30,863 nt of DNA from a virus. Its lineage: Duplodnaviria > Caudoviricetes. Where the stretch lies: IMG/VR virus record IMGVR_UViG_3300032305_002351, positions 1 through 30,863 of that record; one strand, 5' to 3'. This document shows, piece after piece, positions 15,948 to 26,324 of the stretch. Position numbers and translations under genes: made by a program. The notes below the pieces were generated by a model. It ran no database searches. It was not told the origin of the DNA and saw only the letters and a program-made list of their open reading frames with translations. Each line of letters begins with the position of its first letter. Within the stretch, counting starts at the first letter, position 1.

Positions 15948-16502
15948 ATGGGAATTAGCGCAACATCAATTACTGGTCAACTTAATCCAATCCCAGATTG
16001 TTTTATCAGGGTGCAAAACCAATATATTTTCATGTATTCATTGCCAACCATTAGTGATGGCAAAGATGCTTCATATGCTACTGAAGATGGTATGGGCAGA
16101 ACGATGCCATACAAGACTTTTAATTCTGGTGGTACAAGATCAATATCGTGGAGATGTCAATTAATTTCTTATGATGCAGATAGTATTTCGAGAAATATAA
16201 AAACTCTTAGGCTTTTGGAAGCATGTGTTTACCCAAGAAAAGATCCATCGAATATAATTCCTTATATTCCACCAGTTGTTCTAAGTATAAGATGTGGTGA
16301 TTTACTTGCAAGTAGTGGTATTGAAGTAAATGTAGTGTTAACAAGATATAACACATCATTTCCTACTGAGCAAGTGTGGTATACTGATTATGCTTTTGCA
16401 AAATATTTTCCAACAAAGCTTGAAGTAGATTTAAGTTTTGAAGTTGTTTATGATGCTAGATATCTTCCGGGTGCAGACAGAATATTCTCATTAGGAGCTT
16501 AG
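15948..16502 (+). CDS. Tail tube initiator / baseplate tube-fold protein (gp48/gp54, CIS tube-like)
   Basis: ISDGKDASY..GRTMPYKTFNSGGTRSISW..LEACVYP..PPVVLSIRCG..V.LSFEV pattern; position after TMP. Confidence 0.7.
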   Translation: MGISATSITGQLNPIPDCFIRVQNQYIFMYSLPTISDGKDASYATEDGMGRTMPYKTFNSGGTRSISWRCQLISYDADSISRNIKTLRLLEACVYPRKDPSNIIPYIPPVVLSIRCGDLLASSGIEVNVVLTRYNTSFPTEQVWYTDYAFAKYFPTKLEVDLSFEVVYDARYLPGADRIFSLGA

Positions 16503-16503
16503 T

Positions 16504-16830
16504 ATGGCTTACAAGATAGAAAGATCGAAGACAGCAAATCCTTCTAGATATGTTAATGCTTTGTCTAGATACAAAGAATCTAAAATTTACGTTTATGGAG
16601 ACGATAAAAAGCTTACATTTGAAGTTTATAAAAGAAGAAGTTTTCCTTTGTCTACTTATGATAAGTATGCAGTTATTCCAGAGGGATTTGCATATAGACC
16701 TGATTTAGTATCAATGCAGGTTTATGGCTATCCTGATTCGTGGTGGTTAATTATGGAAGTCAATGGTATATATGATATAAAAGATTTTGTTGCGGGTAAA
16801 ACCATTCGTCTACCAGTAAATACATTCTGA
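16504..16830 (+). CDS. Baseplate wedge LysM-like protein (T4 gp53 / P2 gpX-like)
   Basis: YRPDLVSMQVYGYPDSWWLIMEVNGI..GKTIRLP. Confidence 0.85.
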   Translation: MAYKIERSKTANPSRYVNALSRYKESKIYVYGDDKKLTFEVYKRRSFPLSTYDKYAVIPEGFAYRPDLVSMQVYGYPDSWWLIMEVNGIYDIKDFVAGKTIRLPVNTF

Positions 16831-16831
16831 A

Positions 16832-18532
16832 ATGCCAATAGATTTAAAATATAGAGTTCCTCCCACTTTTGTAGTCGATGGTGTAAATTATGCCACTTGT
16901 GGTAATTTAAGAAGACCTTTGCCTTTTACAGGACCAAATGGTATTCCTGAATTGCTTCCATTGCAAATGTATTCACCTTTTATTGAAGCTAGATTTTATA
17001 GAGTTTTGCGTTTTGATGAGCAACAGCTGCAAAGAGCAAGACAATTTCAGCAACAATTATATTATGTTTCAACGGGTAATTTTCTAGGAAGCAATGAATC
17101 TAGGAATGCATTTATAAAAAGTTTCTCTTTTTCCATAGAAAATGGATATGGTGGAACTTTAGAGATTATAGATACTTCAGGAAATGATTTTGTTGGATTT
17201 TACAACACGGTTTACAAGAACAGATGTTTAGACGACAAGTTTACTGTTAACAATAATGCTATTACACCAGCGGAAACATTTATTGTTTCTCTTAATGTTG
17301 GTTATGTGTTTGTTAATTCAGATGGTCAAAGAATTCTTTATCAGACATTTGTTAATGCTCCTTCCAAGGAAATTGCGGGAATACCATTTGGTCCATATAT
17401 AAACTTTTATTTAACTCAAATAGATGTTTCTGTTAATAGCGGCAAGTGGAAATATAGTTTAATTTTAAAGTCAGCAGATGCTGCTGCTGTTGATAAAACT
17501 GTTGACAAGAGAATTGGAGGACCGGGTCAGTTAGTTCCATTCATGAGAGCTGCTGAGATAATGTTGGATGGTAATTGTCCTCCAAAATTATCATTTGGTG
17601 AACCGGCAAAAGATCGTGTTTTGCAGGTTAGTCCACCCAAAGGTGCGAATGGCATGTGGCAAATGACAGGAGAAAAAGGTGCAGGGAAAGCAGCTAATGC
17701 ATCAAAGAAGGGGAGTTATGCTGGATATAACTTAAATCCATTGGATGCTATAAGAAAAAACATGGACACTTATATTACTAGGGATGGAAAAGGTGCATAC
17801 ATGTTTTACCCAAGTGGAGCAAACAGTAGTGCGCTTTATTTGGTAGAAGCTGAGAGTAGTTTTTGTGCTCAAAGAAGAGGTTCTATACAAGACTGTGGTG
17901 ATGGCGCATTTTTAGGAACATATGTTGTTAATGGTGGTGATTTTAGTTCTGTGATAAGTTTTGATCCTAAAATAAGTTTAGTGGGTATTCCCAATAAAGT
18001 TACAGGTGGGCAAGCAGGTGGTGGTGCAAATGTTAAAGCTGTTGAAGTAAGGGACATCTGTGGCGCTTTTGGTGGAAATGAAAACAATGAAAAGACTAAT
18101 GCTGCAAAAACGGAAGGTCAAACAGTAGTAGTTGCTGGAGCTGCTGCCAATGACGCTTGGAATAAAGAAGCTCCTAGAAATATTCCTAGATTACAAGCTC
18201 AAGCTGGTGTTGCTGCGATGGCTGCTGAAAACACTAGTAAACCAGCTACAGCAGGTGCTATATCAGCCACTTTGACAATACAAGGAGAGCCTAGATTTTT
18301 ATGGAGCTTAAACATCAAAGGCGCAGCGATTAAAATAATTTTCATCAATCCATTTGCTCCATATTCACCTAATTTTGGATTAGATACTGATTGGTTAGCT
18401 AATCCTAAAATTAATTCAATGATATCAGATGGATATTATATGGTTAATGGATGTGATCATACTATATCAGATGGAAAGTGGACAACTACTTTGAAGTTAA
18501 CACAATCACCGACTAACGAGATAAAAGGATAA
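16832..18532 (+). CDS. Baseplate hub protein (gp27 / gpD-like)
   Basis: C-terminal ATLTIQGEP..GYYMVNGCDHTISDGKWTTTLKL; position between LysM and spike. Confidence 0.7.
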   Translation: MPIDLKYRVPPTFVVDGVNYATCGNLRRPLPFTGPNGIPELLPLQMYSPFIEARFYRVLRFDEQQLQRARQFQQQLYYVSTGNFLGSNESRNAFIKSFSFSIENGYGGTLEIIDTSGNDFVGFYNTVYKNRCLDDKFTVNNNAITPAETFIVSLNVGYVFVNSDGQRILYQTFVNAPSKEIAGIPFGPYINFYLTQIDVSVNSGKWKYSLILKSADAAAVDKTVDKRIGGPGQLVPFMRAAEIMLDGNCPPKLSFGEPAKDRVLQVSPPKGANGMWQMTGEKGAGKAANASKKGSYAGYNLNPLDAIRKNMDTYITRDGKGAYMFYPSGANSSALYLVEAESSFCAQRRGSIQDCGDGAFLGTYVVNGGDFSSVISFDPKISLVGIPNKVTGGQAGGGANVKAVEVRDICGAFGGNENNEKTNAAKTEGQTVVVAGAAANDAWNKEAPRNIPRLQAQAGVAAMAAENTSKPATAGAISATLTIQGEPRFLWSLNIKGAAIKIIFINPFAPYSPNFGLDTDWLANPKINSMISDGYYMVNGCDHTISDGKWTTTLKLTQSPTNEIKG

Positions 18533-18533
18533 A

Positions 18534-20714
18534 ATGTCTGATAATATGAAAGAAATAGATAAAAGGTTAAAAGACCTTGAAAACATGGTTGCTGAAATTA
18601 ACACAGCAACTAAAGACATGCGTGATCCAAGATATAAGCAACCAGTGAGTAAGTTTGGTATTTATTCAGCAATTTGTATTAGTACGATGGATATTTGGAA
18701 GCAAAATAGAATTCAATGGTTTTCTCCAATTTTTGATGATCCTTCCACAGAGGTATCTAAATTACCTTGGGCGCTTCCAATATCTTCTTTTGGTGGTTTT
18801 GATGATAGTGGTTCTAATTGGATTCCTCCAGCTGGATCAACAGTAATTATTGCATTTGAAGGTGGAAACAATGGTGCTTCTTATTATTTAGGGACTACAT
18901 GGTGTCGTGAACGTGGACCGGGATCGTTAAGTTACTTCAATACTCCTATTGAAGAATTCAATCAATTATATGCCAATAAGAGAGATGGTTATTTGTGTGG
19001 ACCAAATGATGGATCACAAGTTTTTCCTCCTTGGAACACTGAATCCTACAATGGTTATGATGTTGATTCTATAGAACAGTTGAGTTTGGACCCTAATATC
19101 CTTAAGAGGATGACATATCCTAATATTTATGGTTTTAAAACTCCCGAAAAGCACATGATGAAGATGGTGGATGGAGATGCGAAGTGTAATCGCAAGTGGA
19201 AGCGCATTGAAATTATGAGTGGCAATGGAAATTGGATGATATTTAAAGATGATCACATGCATTATGCTGGTCAATGGGCACATCCAAAATGTTCTGATTC
19301 TAAAAAAGATGGTGATACGAGTTGTATAGTTGGTTTGCCAAATCCTCCCGCATTTTCTTTGAACAGTGCCACTAATTCTGGAAATTCTATTAATTTATCT
19401 GGTACTACTCCTGCAACAAATGAAGAACCAGCAAAACAAAGTGAAAACACTGGTTGTAGTGAGGCTGACAGAGCATCAGTTATTGGTGGTCAACCAGAGA
19501 CGCAGGAAAGAAAAGACAGTCAGATTGGTAGAAATCCTTTTTTCAAACAAGAAAGTGAATGTAGACCGTATAAGGGTCCACAAACTCCTCAAAATAACAA
19601 ATGTGATTTACCTCAGACGGGAGTACAGATACTTTCTATTTCTGGACACACAATTGTTATGGATGATTCTGTTAATCAACCTAGAGGCAATATGGAGTGG
19701 GACAGAAGTACTCAACCGTTTGATTTTGGGTGTGATAATAAGTTTGCTGGTAGGACATATTGGAAGTCTGCTACTGGTCATACGATTGAGTTGAATGATT
19801 TGGAAAGAATTGGAGATGGTCTTGATCAAGTTCGTTCTGAAAGTAATGGTATAAAATTAAAGAGTGCTTTAGGAAATCAAATATTTTTGTGTGATGCGGT
19901 AGATGGTGCTAATTGTGATGGTAATGCTGCTGCTATGCAGGGTGTGAGGATAAGTTCTACGAGTCAACATCAAATAATATTATCTGATGAAGGCAATAAA
20001 AGAACTTATGCATGTCGTACAGAAGGTGCAGTGCCTCAGAACAACGCTAATTCTGCTTATATGCAATTAAAAAGTGGATATGGGTTACAGATAACTTTAA
20101 ACGATAGTCCGAGTCAGAGGGAAACTCAGGGGCAGTCAATTGATATTGTTGCGCCTCAGAAGACTATTGAGAATGGTTCAAGACCGCACATAATACAATT
20201 GCAAGAAGGGTATCCTGATGTAGATGAATCTGGATACATTCAAATAAGATCTGGTGGTAATTTATTTTTATATGCAACAGAAAATGCTCTTGAGCTTATT
20301 GAAGGGCATAAAATTGTTTATACAGCAACAGACAGACTTGATTATACTGAGAATAATTTCTTTCATATAGGAAGAGGCAATCATGTAATTAAAGTTGATG
20401 AAAAAATATTTCTTTTAGCTGGTAGAGATTTCCCAAAACCGGTAGAAAATGATACTAGGCAACAGCCTCCAGAAAACCTATTGCAGCCAGAATTAAATCT
20501 GGCAACAACTGATGCTACAAAAGATTTGAAGGAATGTATTCCCGGTTTATTTCCAGTTTTGGTATTAGTTGGTAATTGCGTAAGGGCAAGTGATAGGGTT
20601 TACGCTTCTTGTAGCAATGTAGCCACAGGAATTGGTCTTGGCAACCTAGCTGTAGCGGATAACTGTCCTATTGGTGAATCTGCTTGTGAAAATGGTTTTA
20701 CAAATAAGGGATAA
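18534..20714 (+). CDS. Baseplate central spike (gp5 / VgrG / gpV-like), Cys-rich
   Basis: OB-fold signature GIYSAIC..NRIQ..LPWALP..WIPPAGSTVIIAFEGGN..YYLG; repeated SxSGHxIxxxD beta-helix units. Confidence 0.85.
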   Translation: MSDNMKEIDKRLKDLENMVAEINTATKDMRDPRYKQPVSKFGIYSAICISTMDIWKQNRIQWFSPIFDDPSTEVSKLPWALPISSFGGFDDSGSNWIPPAGSTVIIAFEGGNNGASYYLGTTWCRERGPGSLSYFNTPIEEFNQLYANKRDGYLCGPNDGSQVFPPWNTESYNGYDVDSIEQLSLDPNILKRMTYPNIYGFKTPEKHMMKMVDGDAKCNRKWKRIEIMSGNGNWMIFKDDHMHYAGQWAHPKCSDSKKDGDTSCIVGLPNPPAFSLNSATNSGNSINLSGTTPATNEEPAKQSENTGCSEADRASVIGGQPETQERKDSQIGRNPFFKQESECRPYKGPQTPQNNKCDLPQTGVQILSISGHTIVMDDSVNQPRGNMEWDRSTQPFDFGCDNKFAGRTYWKSATGHTIELNDLERIGDGLDQVRSESNGIKLKSALGNQIFLCDAVDGANCDGNAAAMQGVRISSTSQHQIILSDEGNKRTYACRTEGAVPQNNANSAYMQLKSGYGLQITLNDSPSQRETQGQSIDIVAPQKTIENGSRPHIIQLQEGYPDVDESGYIQIRSGGNLFLYATENALELIEGHKIVYTATDRLDYTENNFFHIGRGNHVIKVDEKIFLLAGRDFPKPVENDTRQQPPENLLQPELNLATTDATKDLKECIPGLFPVLVLVGNCVRASDRVYASCSNVATGIGLGNLAVADNCPIGESACENGFTNKG

Positions 20715-20717
20715 AAG

Positions 20718-21131
20718 ATGGCAGAGTTAAAAGGTTTTCCATTTCCAGTTGAAAGAAATCCATTAGGATTTTTCTATACACAGCTTGGATCTAAAAACAT
20801 CAAAGGTGATTTGATTCAATTGATTTTGACAAATCCCGGTGACAGAGTTATGTTGTCTCAATTTGGGACACCTTTGCGTAAATTTTTCTATGAACAAAAC
20901 ACAGAATCAACAAGATTATTAATATCTCAAGCCATAACAAATGCTATTTCTGCATGGGAGCCAAGAATAACTGTTCAGTCAATTACTGTTACAAATTTAT
21001 CAGAAACAGATGTTAACGGAACAACTTCTTCAAATCAGAATGGAGTCTTAGTGCGAATTAACTATATAAATCCAGAGCAAATTAATATTGTTGAAAATTT
21101 AGTTTTAGCAATACCGTTTGAAGGGGGCTGA
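20718..21131 (+). CDS. Baseplate wedge / sheath initiator (gp25 / gpW-like)
   Basis: LILTNPGDRVMLSQFGTPL..AISAWEPRITVQSI. Confidence 0.9.
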   Translation: MAELKGFPFPVERNPLGFFYTQLGSKNIKGDLIQLILTNPGDRVMLSQFGTPLRKFFYEQNTESTRLLISQAITNAISAWEPRITVQSITVTNLSETDVNGTTSSNQNGVLVRINYINPEQINIVENLVLAIPFEGG

Positions 21132-22683
21132 TTTGGAAAAATGTCCATTTGATTTGAAACCATACAAAGTTGGTGCAAACACTACTAGACCTCAAATCTT
21201 TTCACTCAATTATACGAATCAAGACTTTTGGTCTATGAAGTCTCGTTTAGTAGCATATATCAAAGAAAAATTTGGAACAGAATTTAATGATTTTGTTGAA
21301 TCAAGTCTTGGTATGATGCTTATAGAAAACTGGTCTTTTATTGCAGACACTCTTAGCTTTAAAACGGACCAGATAGCAAATGAAGTCTTCATTGATACGG
21401 TTACTGAGCTAGAAAACGCTCTTAGATTAGCTCGTCTTGTTGGATTTGAGGCAAGACCTCCCATTGCTGGTAAAAGTTTATGGTCAGCAAGAGTTCAAAC
21501 AAGTTACAATATAGATTTGGAAATACCAACTCCATTTCCAATTGACATTCTTAATAATAATGTTACAACAACCATAGAACTGTTTCCATCTGATTCGTTG
21601 AACAGACCTATTTATGATGAAAATATTTACTTAACTTCTGGAACATTAGTTAATAGTAACATTATTGGGTTGGAAGGTAGGACATACAATGATACTTTTG
21701 GTGCTTTGGGAGGCACTGATCAAGCATATTTGTTAACTTATAATCCTGTTTTGTTAGATTCTATTCGTGTAAGTGTTGATGGTGTGAAATGGGATCAAGT
21801 AAAATACTTTACTGAATCTGCTCCAAGAAGAGAATACAGAATAGAATACAACTCTGATTATTCTGTTTATATTGTGTTTGGAAATAACAGAGCTGGATAT
21901 ATTCCGCCGACTGGATCAACTATTCAAGTTGTGTATAGAGTTGGTGGTGGTCCTTCAGGTAATATTGTTAGTAATTTTGTTAACACACAATATTTGGCTT
22001 CTATACCCGGAGAAATTTATAGTGCTGTTATTAATTTAACAAACTACACAAAAGGTGAATACGGATATTCTGGTGACACGATTGATGACATTAGATATAA
22101 GTTGCCAATTTACAATCAAACACAAAACAGATGTGTATCTGGAGGCGATTACAAGACTTATGCAAATTTGTTTACAACTCCTTACAATGGAATAATGGGT
22201 AAAGCAAATGCTGTATTGAGGCATTCTGGTTGTAGTGCTAATATTGTAGAACTTTTCATATTAGCTAAAGTTAATAATATCGATTTACAAAAATCATCGA
22301 GTCAATTCAAGTATGAATTTGAAGAATACATGAGTGAAAACAAGATGATGACAGATTATCTCAGTGTTTTGGATGGTGAAGTAATATCATCAGACATATC
22401 TGTCAATGTTGTGATGGATAAATATTACAAAAAATTTGAAGATGAAATTAAAACAAACATGTTATTACGAATTGAAAATTTCTTTTCGTTAAACAATTGG
22501 GATTATGAACAGAATTTAAGAGACGTAGACATTATAAAAGCTCTTTCTGACATGCAGCAACCTAGTAGGTATGATATTTATTTTACAACAAATGATCCAA
22601 ATAATAGTGGAAAGGTTGTAAGAGCAAGATATTTTGAGATTATCAGACCTGACATTATAACGGTAAGTTTTACATATGAATAA
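21118..22683 (+). CDS. Baseplate wedge protein (baseplate J / T4 gp6-like); start may be TTG 21133
   Basis: NYTNQDF..FNDFVESSLGMMLIE..LSFKTD; VFGNNRAGYIPP..YRVGGGPSGN; QNRCVSGGDY. Confidence 0.9.
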   Translation: MKGADLEKCPFDLKPYKVGANTTRPQIFSLNYTNQDFWSMKSRLVAYIKEKFGTEFNDFVESSLGMMLIENWSFIADTLSFKTDQIANEVFIDTVTELENALRLARLVGFEARPPIAGKSLWSARVQTSYNIDLEIPTPFPIDILNNNVTTTIELFPSDSLNRPIYDENIYLTSGTLVNSNIIGLEGRTYNDTFGALGGTDQAYLLTYNPVLLDSIRVSVDGVKWDQVKYFTESAPRREYRIEYNSDYSVYIVFGNNRAGYIPPTGSTIQVVYRVGGGPSGNIVSNFVNTQYLASIPGEIYSAVINLTNYTKGEYGYSGDTIDDIRYKLPIYNQTQNRCVSGGDYKTYANLFTTPYNGIMGKANAVLRHSGCSANIVELFILAKVNNIDLQKSSSQFKYEFEEYMSENKMMTDYLSVLDGEVISSDISVNVVMDKYYKKFEDEIKTNMLLRIENFFSLNNWDYEQNLRDVDIIKALSDMQQPSRYDIYFTTNDPNNSGKVVRARYFEIIRPDIITVSFTYE

Positions 22684-25600
22684 GTTATACAACAACAATC
22701 CAAAAGTTAACGATAGAGTCGAATTTATACTTTTGACTCCTGATGCTAATAAGTGTTATTTTGAAAATCCTTGTTACATAGAAAATATAACAATATATTT
22801 TATTGAAAGAAATTATGCTTCTGCAAATATTCAAGAGTATGATAATCAAACATCACAAGCAAATTTAGAAGAAAGATATTTAGTATTAAAAAACATTGCT
22901 TGTAATGATCCAACAGATTTAAATCTAAAACTAGCTAATGATGCATTGAGTGCTTGGCAATCAAGTATTGTGACAAGTACTTTTTATTATCAAAATTCTT
23001 TAATTGTTTTTCAGGCAGGAAGTGCAACAGAGCCTTTATGGATAAGAGGTCAACCAAATACAGATTCGATTGTTGAAAGTCTTCCTAATGCAGAATTTTC
23101 ATATGGTAGATTTAGATTTTACTGGAACGCTTCTGGTGTTCGTGAAGGTGATTATTTTATTTGTTATAAATGGAAGCCAAATTGTTATGGCGACACTTTA
23201 AGTGCGCACTTACCATTTTATTTAATTAGTGACATTGCCGCTTACACAAGTAATCCAACTCATAGAACACCTCCAGAAAAATATTATGACTTACTAACTC
23301 GTTATTTGCCAGAAATGTACAAATCAACATATTCTGATGCTGACAGAACTCCTGAAATTTTAGACAAATTAAATCAAGCTCTTAATCTTGGATTCAAGAA
23401 TATAGAAGATTTAGCAAATCAAATTATTGATTTGTCTGATGCTAATGTTTTACAAGAGCCGTTATTGGTTTATCTTGCCAATTTTTTTAATTTAAAACTT
23501 AGAAGTGGTGATCCCACAAGATGGCGAAAACAAATTAAGAAAGCAATTCCTTTAAATAAATCTAAAGGAACATTAAGAGCATTAAGAGAAGCTCTTAATG
23601 ATGCAGGAATCAACTTAGATAAATTTTCCCAGTTTTGGCAAATTGGTACTGATTATACATTTACAGAAAGTTTTATTTATTTAGGCGAAAATATATTTAA
23701 ACTTGAAAAAGTTAGTTTGCCAATTAATAGCACAGATTTCTCTTTAGAAATTGCATCATCGTACATTGATGGCGATAAAATTTTAATTAATGAATATGTT
23801 TCAGCAAATTTAAATAATATTGAAATTTATACAGCTAGTGGAAATTCCTATATGAAATACATAGGTAATCCACTAGCCGTTAACTCAAAGTTAAAAATCA
23901 ATTATCAAATAAAAGAATTTGACAATAATCAAGAAGTCCAAATACATGGTTATGTTATATCCCTTCCATTAGCAGATACAAGAGATGACAGATATTTTGA
24001 ATATCCCAAAAAGGATTGGAATACTTATGTTATTGAAGAGTCTGACCCACTATTTGATCTAATTGTAAATGTTAAAAATCCTTTCTATGATCCAGTTATT
24101 TTCGGTAAAGTCAGAACTGAATTTCCATATTCTGAACAAGCCTATAACATGGATGAGTACAATGGTTCGTTAAGAGATAGCTTGCACCCAAAAGATATTG
24201 ATAAAAATTTCGTAGAACCTTGTAGAAACACAATAAGTTCAAGATTTAGTGTAGAATTAACAATTCAGGACTTATCAAATATACGTTTGACTGAAGCGCA
24301 AGAAATTATGACAGATTATCTGCCATTTCATGCTATTTTACACACTCTTCAGTTTAATGGGTATTTACAAGATTATATGTTGCCAGCAAATGAAAGTTGG
24401 CAAATTTTGATCAAATACGATAGTACAGAATTCTTAATCGCCGGAGAAGTAACAAATTTGTTCAACAGAAGTATAAGTCCTTATAGTGATCTCTATTCTC
24501 CAGTTCTAAGAAACTCATTAGCAACAGCAAATGGTGTTGAAACTGGTACAACTTATGCTTACAACAAGAATATCGTACTATTTTGTCCTTTGCAAAGCCT
24601 AAGTGGTTTAGGCGTGAATAAAACGCCATCTGACACGTTTTTGCAGATACTTGCTCCACACGTCAATAATGGAGAATACACTGTACAAAACGCAAATGGT
24701 CACATTGTAGAGGTCATAGGTTCTATATCGGAGCCTCTTAACTCAACAGAATTTACATTTATATTATCGAATATAATTTTAGCTGACACTCAGTTCAATG
24801 TTTATCAAGATAATTTATTTTCAATATTTGATGAAAAAATAAATTATTTATATTATCCTATAAAAACTACTTATGATGTAGCAAATGGAAATGCTGTTGC
24901 TGCATGGAAGGTAGAAATTGTTTCTACTTCATTGATTTATAATATAGCAAACACTTATAACAACAAATTAATATTAACTAATGATGGGACTCTTGACAAT
25001 ACTCCGGTTAATGGTTTGCAGTACAAGATATTGGACGAAAACAACAATGTTATTGTAGATTCTTATACAGATGCTGATGGAAATGTTTATCCTTTGTCGG
25101 GAGTTTATTCTGTGGAAAGCAGAGGAATGGTTGTTGTGGATTCAGCAACTGGAGTAGAAAATATACAAAATTTCTTTACGAGCAATAATTATTTTTATTT
25201 TGATTCAACAGGTTTGCAGTATTACGTTGATGGTTATCCGTTAGTGCAAAATGAATTTTACATTAAAGGTTATACTGGTGGTGATCAGATAAACATAAGT
25301 GGTAAGGTTTTGCAAAGAGTGACATCTAATACTGGCAATTTAAATTATGAAAAAATGTTAATTGCCAAGCCACTTACTTTTCCTTCATTTACCAATCCGA
25401 ATGATCCTGATGCTGTTCGTGATAGTACATTTAAAGAAAATTATTTAATAAGAATAGATTCAAATAATTTTTATTCAATAGATTCTGAAGTGAGTATTGA
25501 CAGTACTGATTATCTTTATATTTCGGGTAAATTTGAAGATTGGGGTACTATTTCAAGTGGTGGGACTTCAGTGAGTTACGATTTAATACAATATGTTGAG

Positions 25601-25837
25601 CAAGAAGTGACAATTGAGGGACCGAACAATCTTTCTGGTAGTACTTTTCCGTTTATTGATAGATCGAACAATCAATTAATCACACACACTACGATTACTG
25701 CATCACCATTTGCGATGACTGGTTTTGTAGATGAATCTGACATTGGCAATGGACCCAAGTCTGTTTCTATCAACAAAGAAACCATTGGTTACACTATAAT
25801 AACTAAAGATAACAAGAAAATCGAAGGGACGATATGA
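22676..25837 (+). CDS. Large baseplate wedge/tail protein containing a P2 gpI (T4 gp7)-like domain
   Basis: YLPEMY..LLVYLANFFNLKL..WRKQIKKAIPLNKSKGTLRAL; follows baseplate J; long beta-rich C-terminal extension. Confidence 0.75.
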   Translation: MNKLYNNNPKVNDRVEFILLTPDANKCYFENPCYIENITIYFIERNYASANIQEYDNQTSQANLEERYLVLKNIACNDPTDLNLKLANDALSAWQSSIVTSTFYYQNSLIVFQAGSATEPLWIRGQPNTDSIVESLPNAEFSYGRFRFYWNASGVREGDYFICYKWKPNCYGDTLSAHLPFYLISDIAAYTSNPTHRTPPEKYYDLLTRYLPEMYKSTYSDADRTPEILDKLNQALNLGFKNIEDLANQIIDLSDANVLQEPLLVYLANFFNLKLRSGDPTRWRKQIKKAIPLNKSKGTLRALREALNDAGINLDKFSQFWQIGTDYTFTESFIYLGENIFKLEKVSLPINSTDFSLEIASSYIDGDKILINEYVSANLNNIEIYTASGNSYMKYIGNPLAVNSKLKINYQIKEFDNNQEVQIHGYVISLPLADTRDDRYFEYPKKDWNTYVIEESDPLFDLIVNVKNPFYDPVIFGKVRTEFPYSEQAYNMDEYNGSLRDSLHPKDIDKNFVEPCRNTISSRFSVELTIQDLSNIRLTEAQEIMTDYLPFHAILHTLQFNGYLQDYMLPANESWQILIKYDSTEFLIAGEVTNLFNRSISPYSDLYSPVLRNSLATANGVETGTTYAYNKNIVLFCPLQSLSGLGVNKTPSDTFLQILAPHVNNGEYTVQNANGHIVEVIGSISEPLNSTEFTFILSNIILADTQFNVYQDNLFSIFDEKINYLYYPIKTTYDVANGNAVAAWKVEIVSTSLIYNIANTYNNKLILTNDGTLDNTPVNGLQYKILDENNNVIVDSYTDADGNVYPLSGVYSVESRGMVVVDSATGVENIQNFFTSNNYFYFDSTGLQYYVDGYPLVQNEFYIKGYTGGDQINISGKVLQRVTSNTGNLNYEKMLIAKPLTFPSFTNPNDPDAVRDSTFKENYLIRIDSNNFYSIDSEVSIDSTDYLYISGKFEDWGTISSGGTSVSYDLIQYVEQEVTIEGPNNLSGSTFPFIDRSNNQLITHTTITASPFAMTGFVDESDIGNGPKSVSINKETIGYTIITKDNKKIEGTI

Positions 25838-26304
25838 ACGATTCAACAGCATGCTACGGTCATGTAACTGGAAAAATTATCAATAAAAACGGTACAGAAA
25901 GTATTATTGACTTTAAAAATGCCGTTCTTGTTGGTGGTAGAGCAGAATTGGTCAAAGTTCTTGCCAACAAAATTGGCAGTAGTTATGAACAATTTGTTTC
26001 AAGGATGATTTTTGGTGATGGTGGTACTGATGGTACAACAATCAGATATGTAGATGCAGATAGAACTGGTCTTTTTGGTATTACTAGGGCGACAAAACCA
26101 GTAATTGCCAGTATCGATTCGACAAATACAACTCAAGTTGTATTTACTTCTGTACTTGGATTCGCAGATGCTAATGGATATAACTTGTCTGAAATGGCAT
26201 TGGTGCTTAATAACGACATACTTTACTCAATGGCAACATTTGCTCCTTTATCAAAAACATCTGATATTCAAATTGTTTGGAACTGGCGTGTAAATTTACT
26301 GTGA
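25834..26304 (+). CDS. Baseplate/tail-fibre attachment protein (tail-collar fibre N-terminal-like)
   Basis: NAVLVGGR..MIFGDGGT..VVFTSVL..ANGYNLSEMAL..KTSDIQIVWNWRV. Confidence 0.65.
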   Translation: MNDSTACYGHVTGKIINKNGTESIIDFKNAVLVGGRAELVKVLANKIGSSYEQFVSRMIFGDGGTDGTTIRYVDADRTGLFGITRATKPVIASIDSTNTTQVVFTSVLGFADANGYNLSEMALVLNNDILYSMATFAPLSKTSDIQIVWNWRVNLL

Positions 26305-26309
26305 CTTAG

Positions 26310-26317
26310 ACTAAATA
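26310..26317 (+). promoter_or_regulatory. Putative late promoter ACTAAATA
   Basis: 7 nt upstream of SD-less ATG 26325. Confidence 0.4.
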
Positions 26318-26324
26318 TGTTACT

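Noticed and set aside
15948-26304. Bacterial extracellular contractile injection system (eCIS/tailocin/T6SS)
   Set aside because: Baseplate order is similar, but gp2-like end protector, long TMP, T4-like promoters and dense small hypothetical genes with no host genes point to a phage genome.
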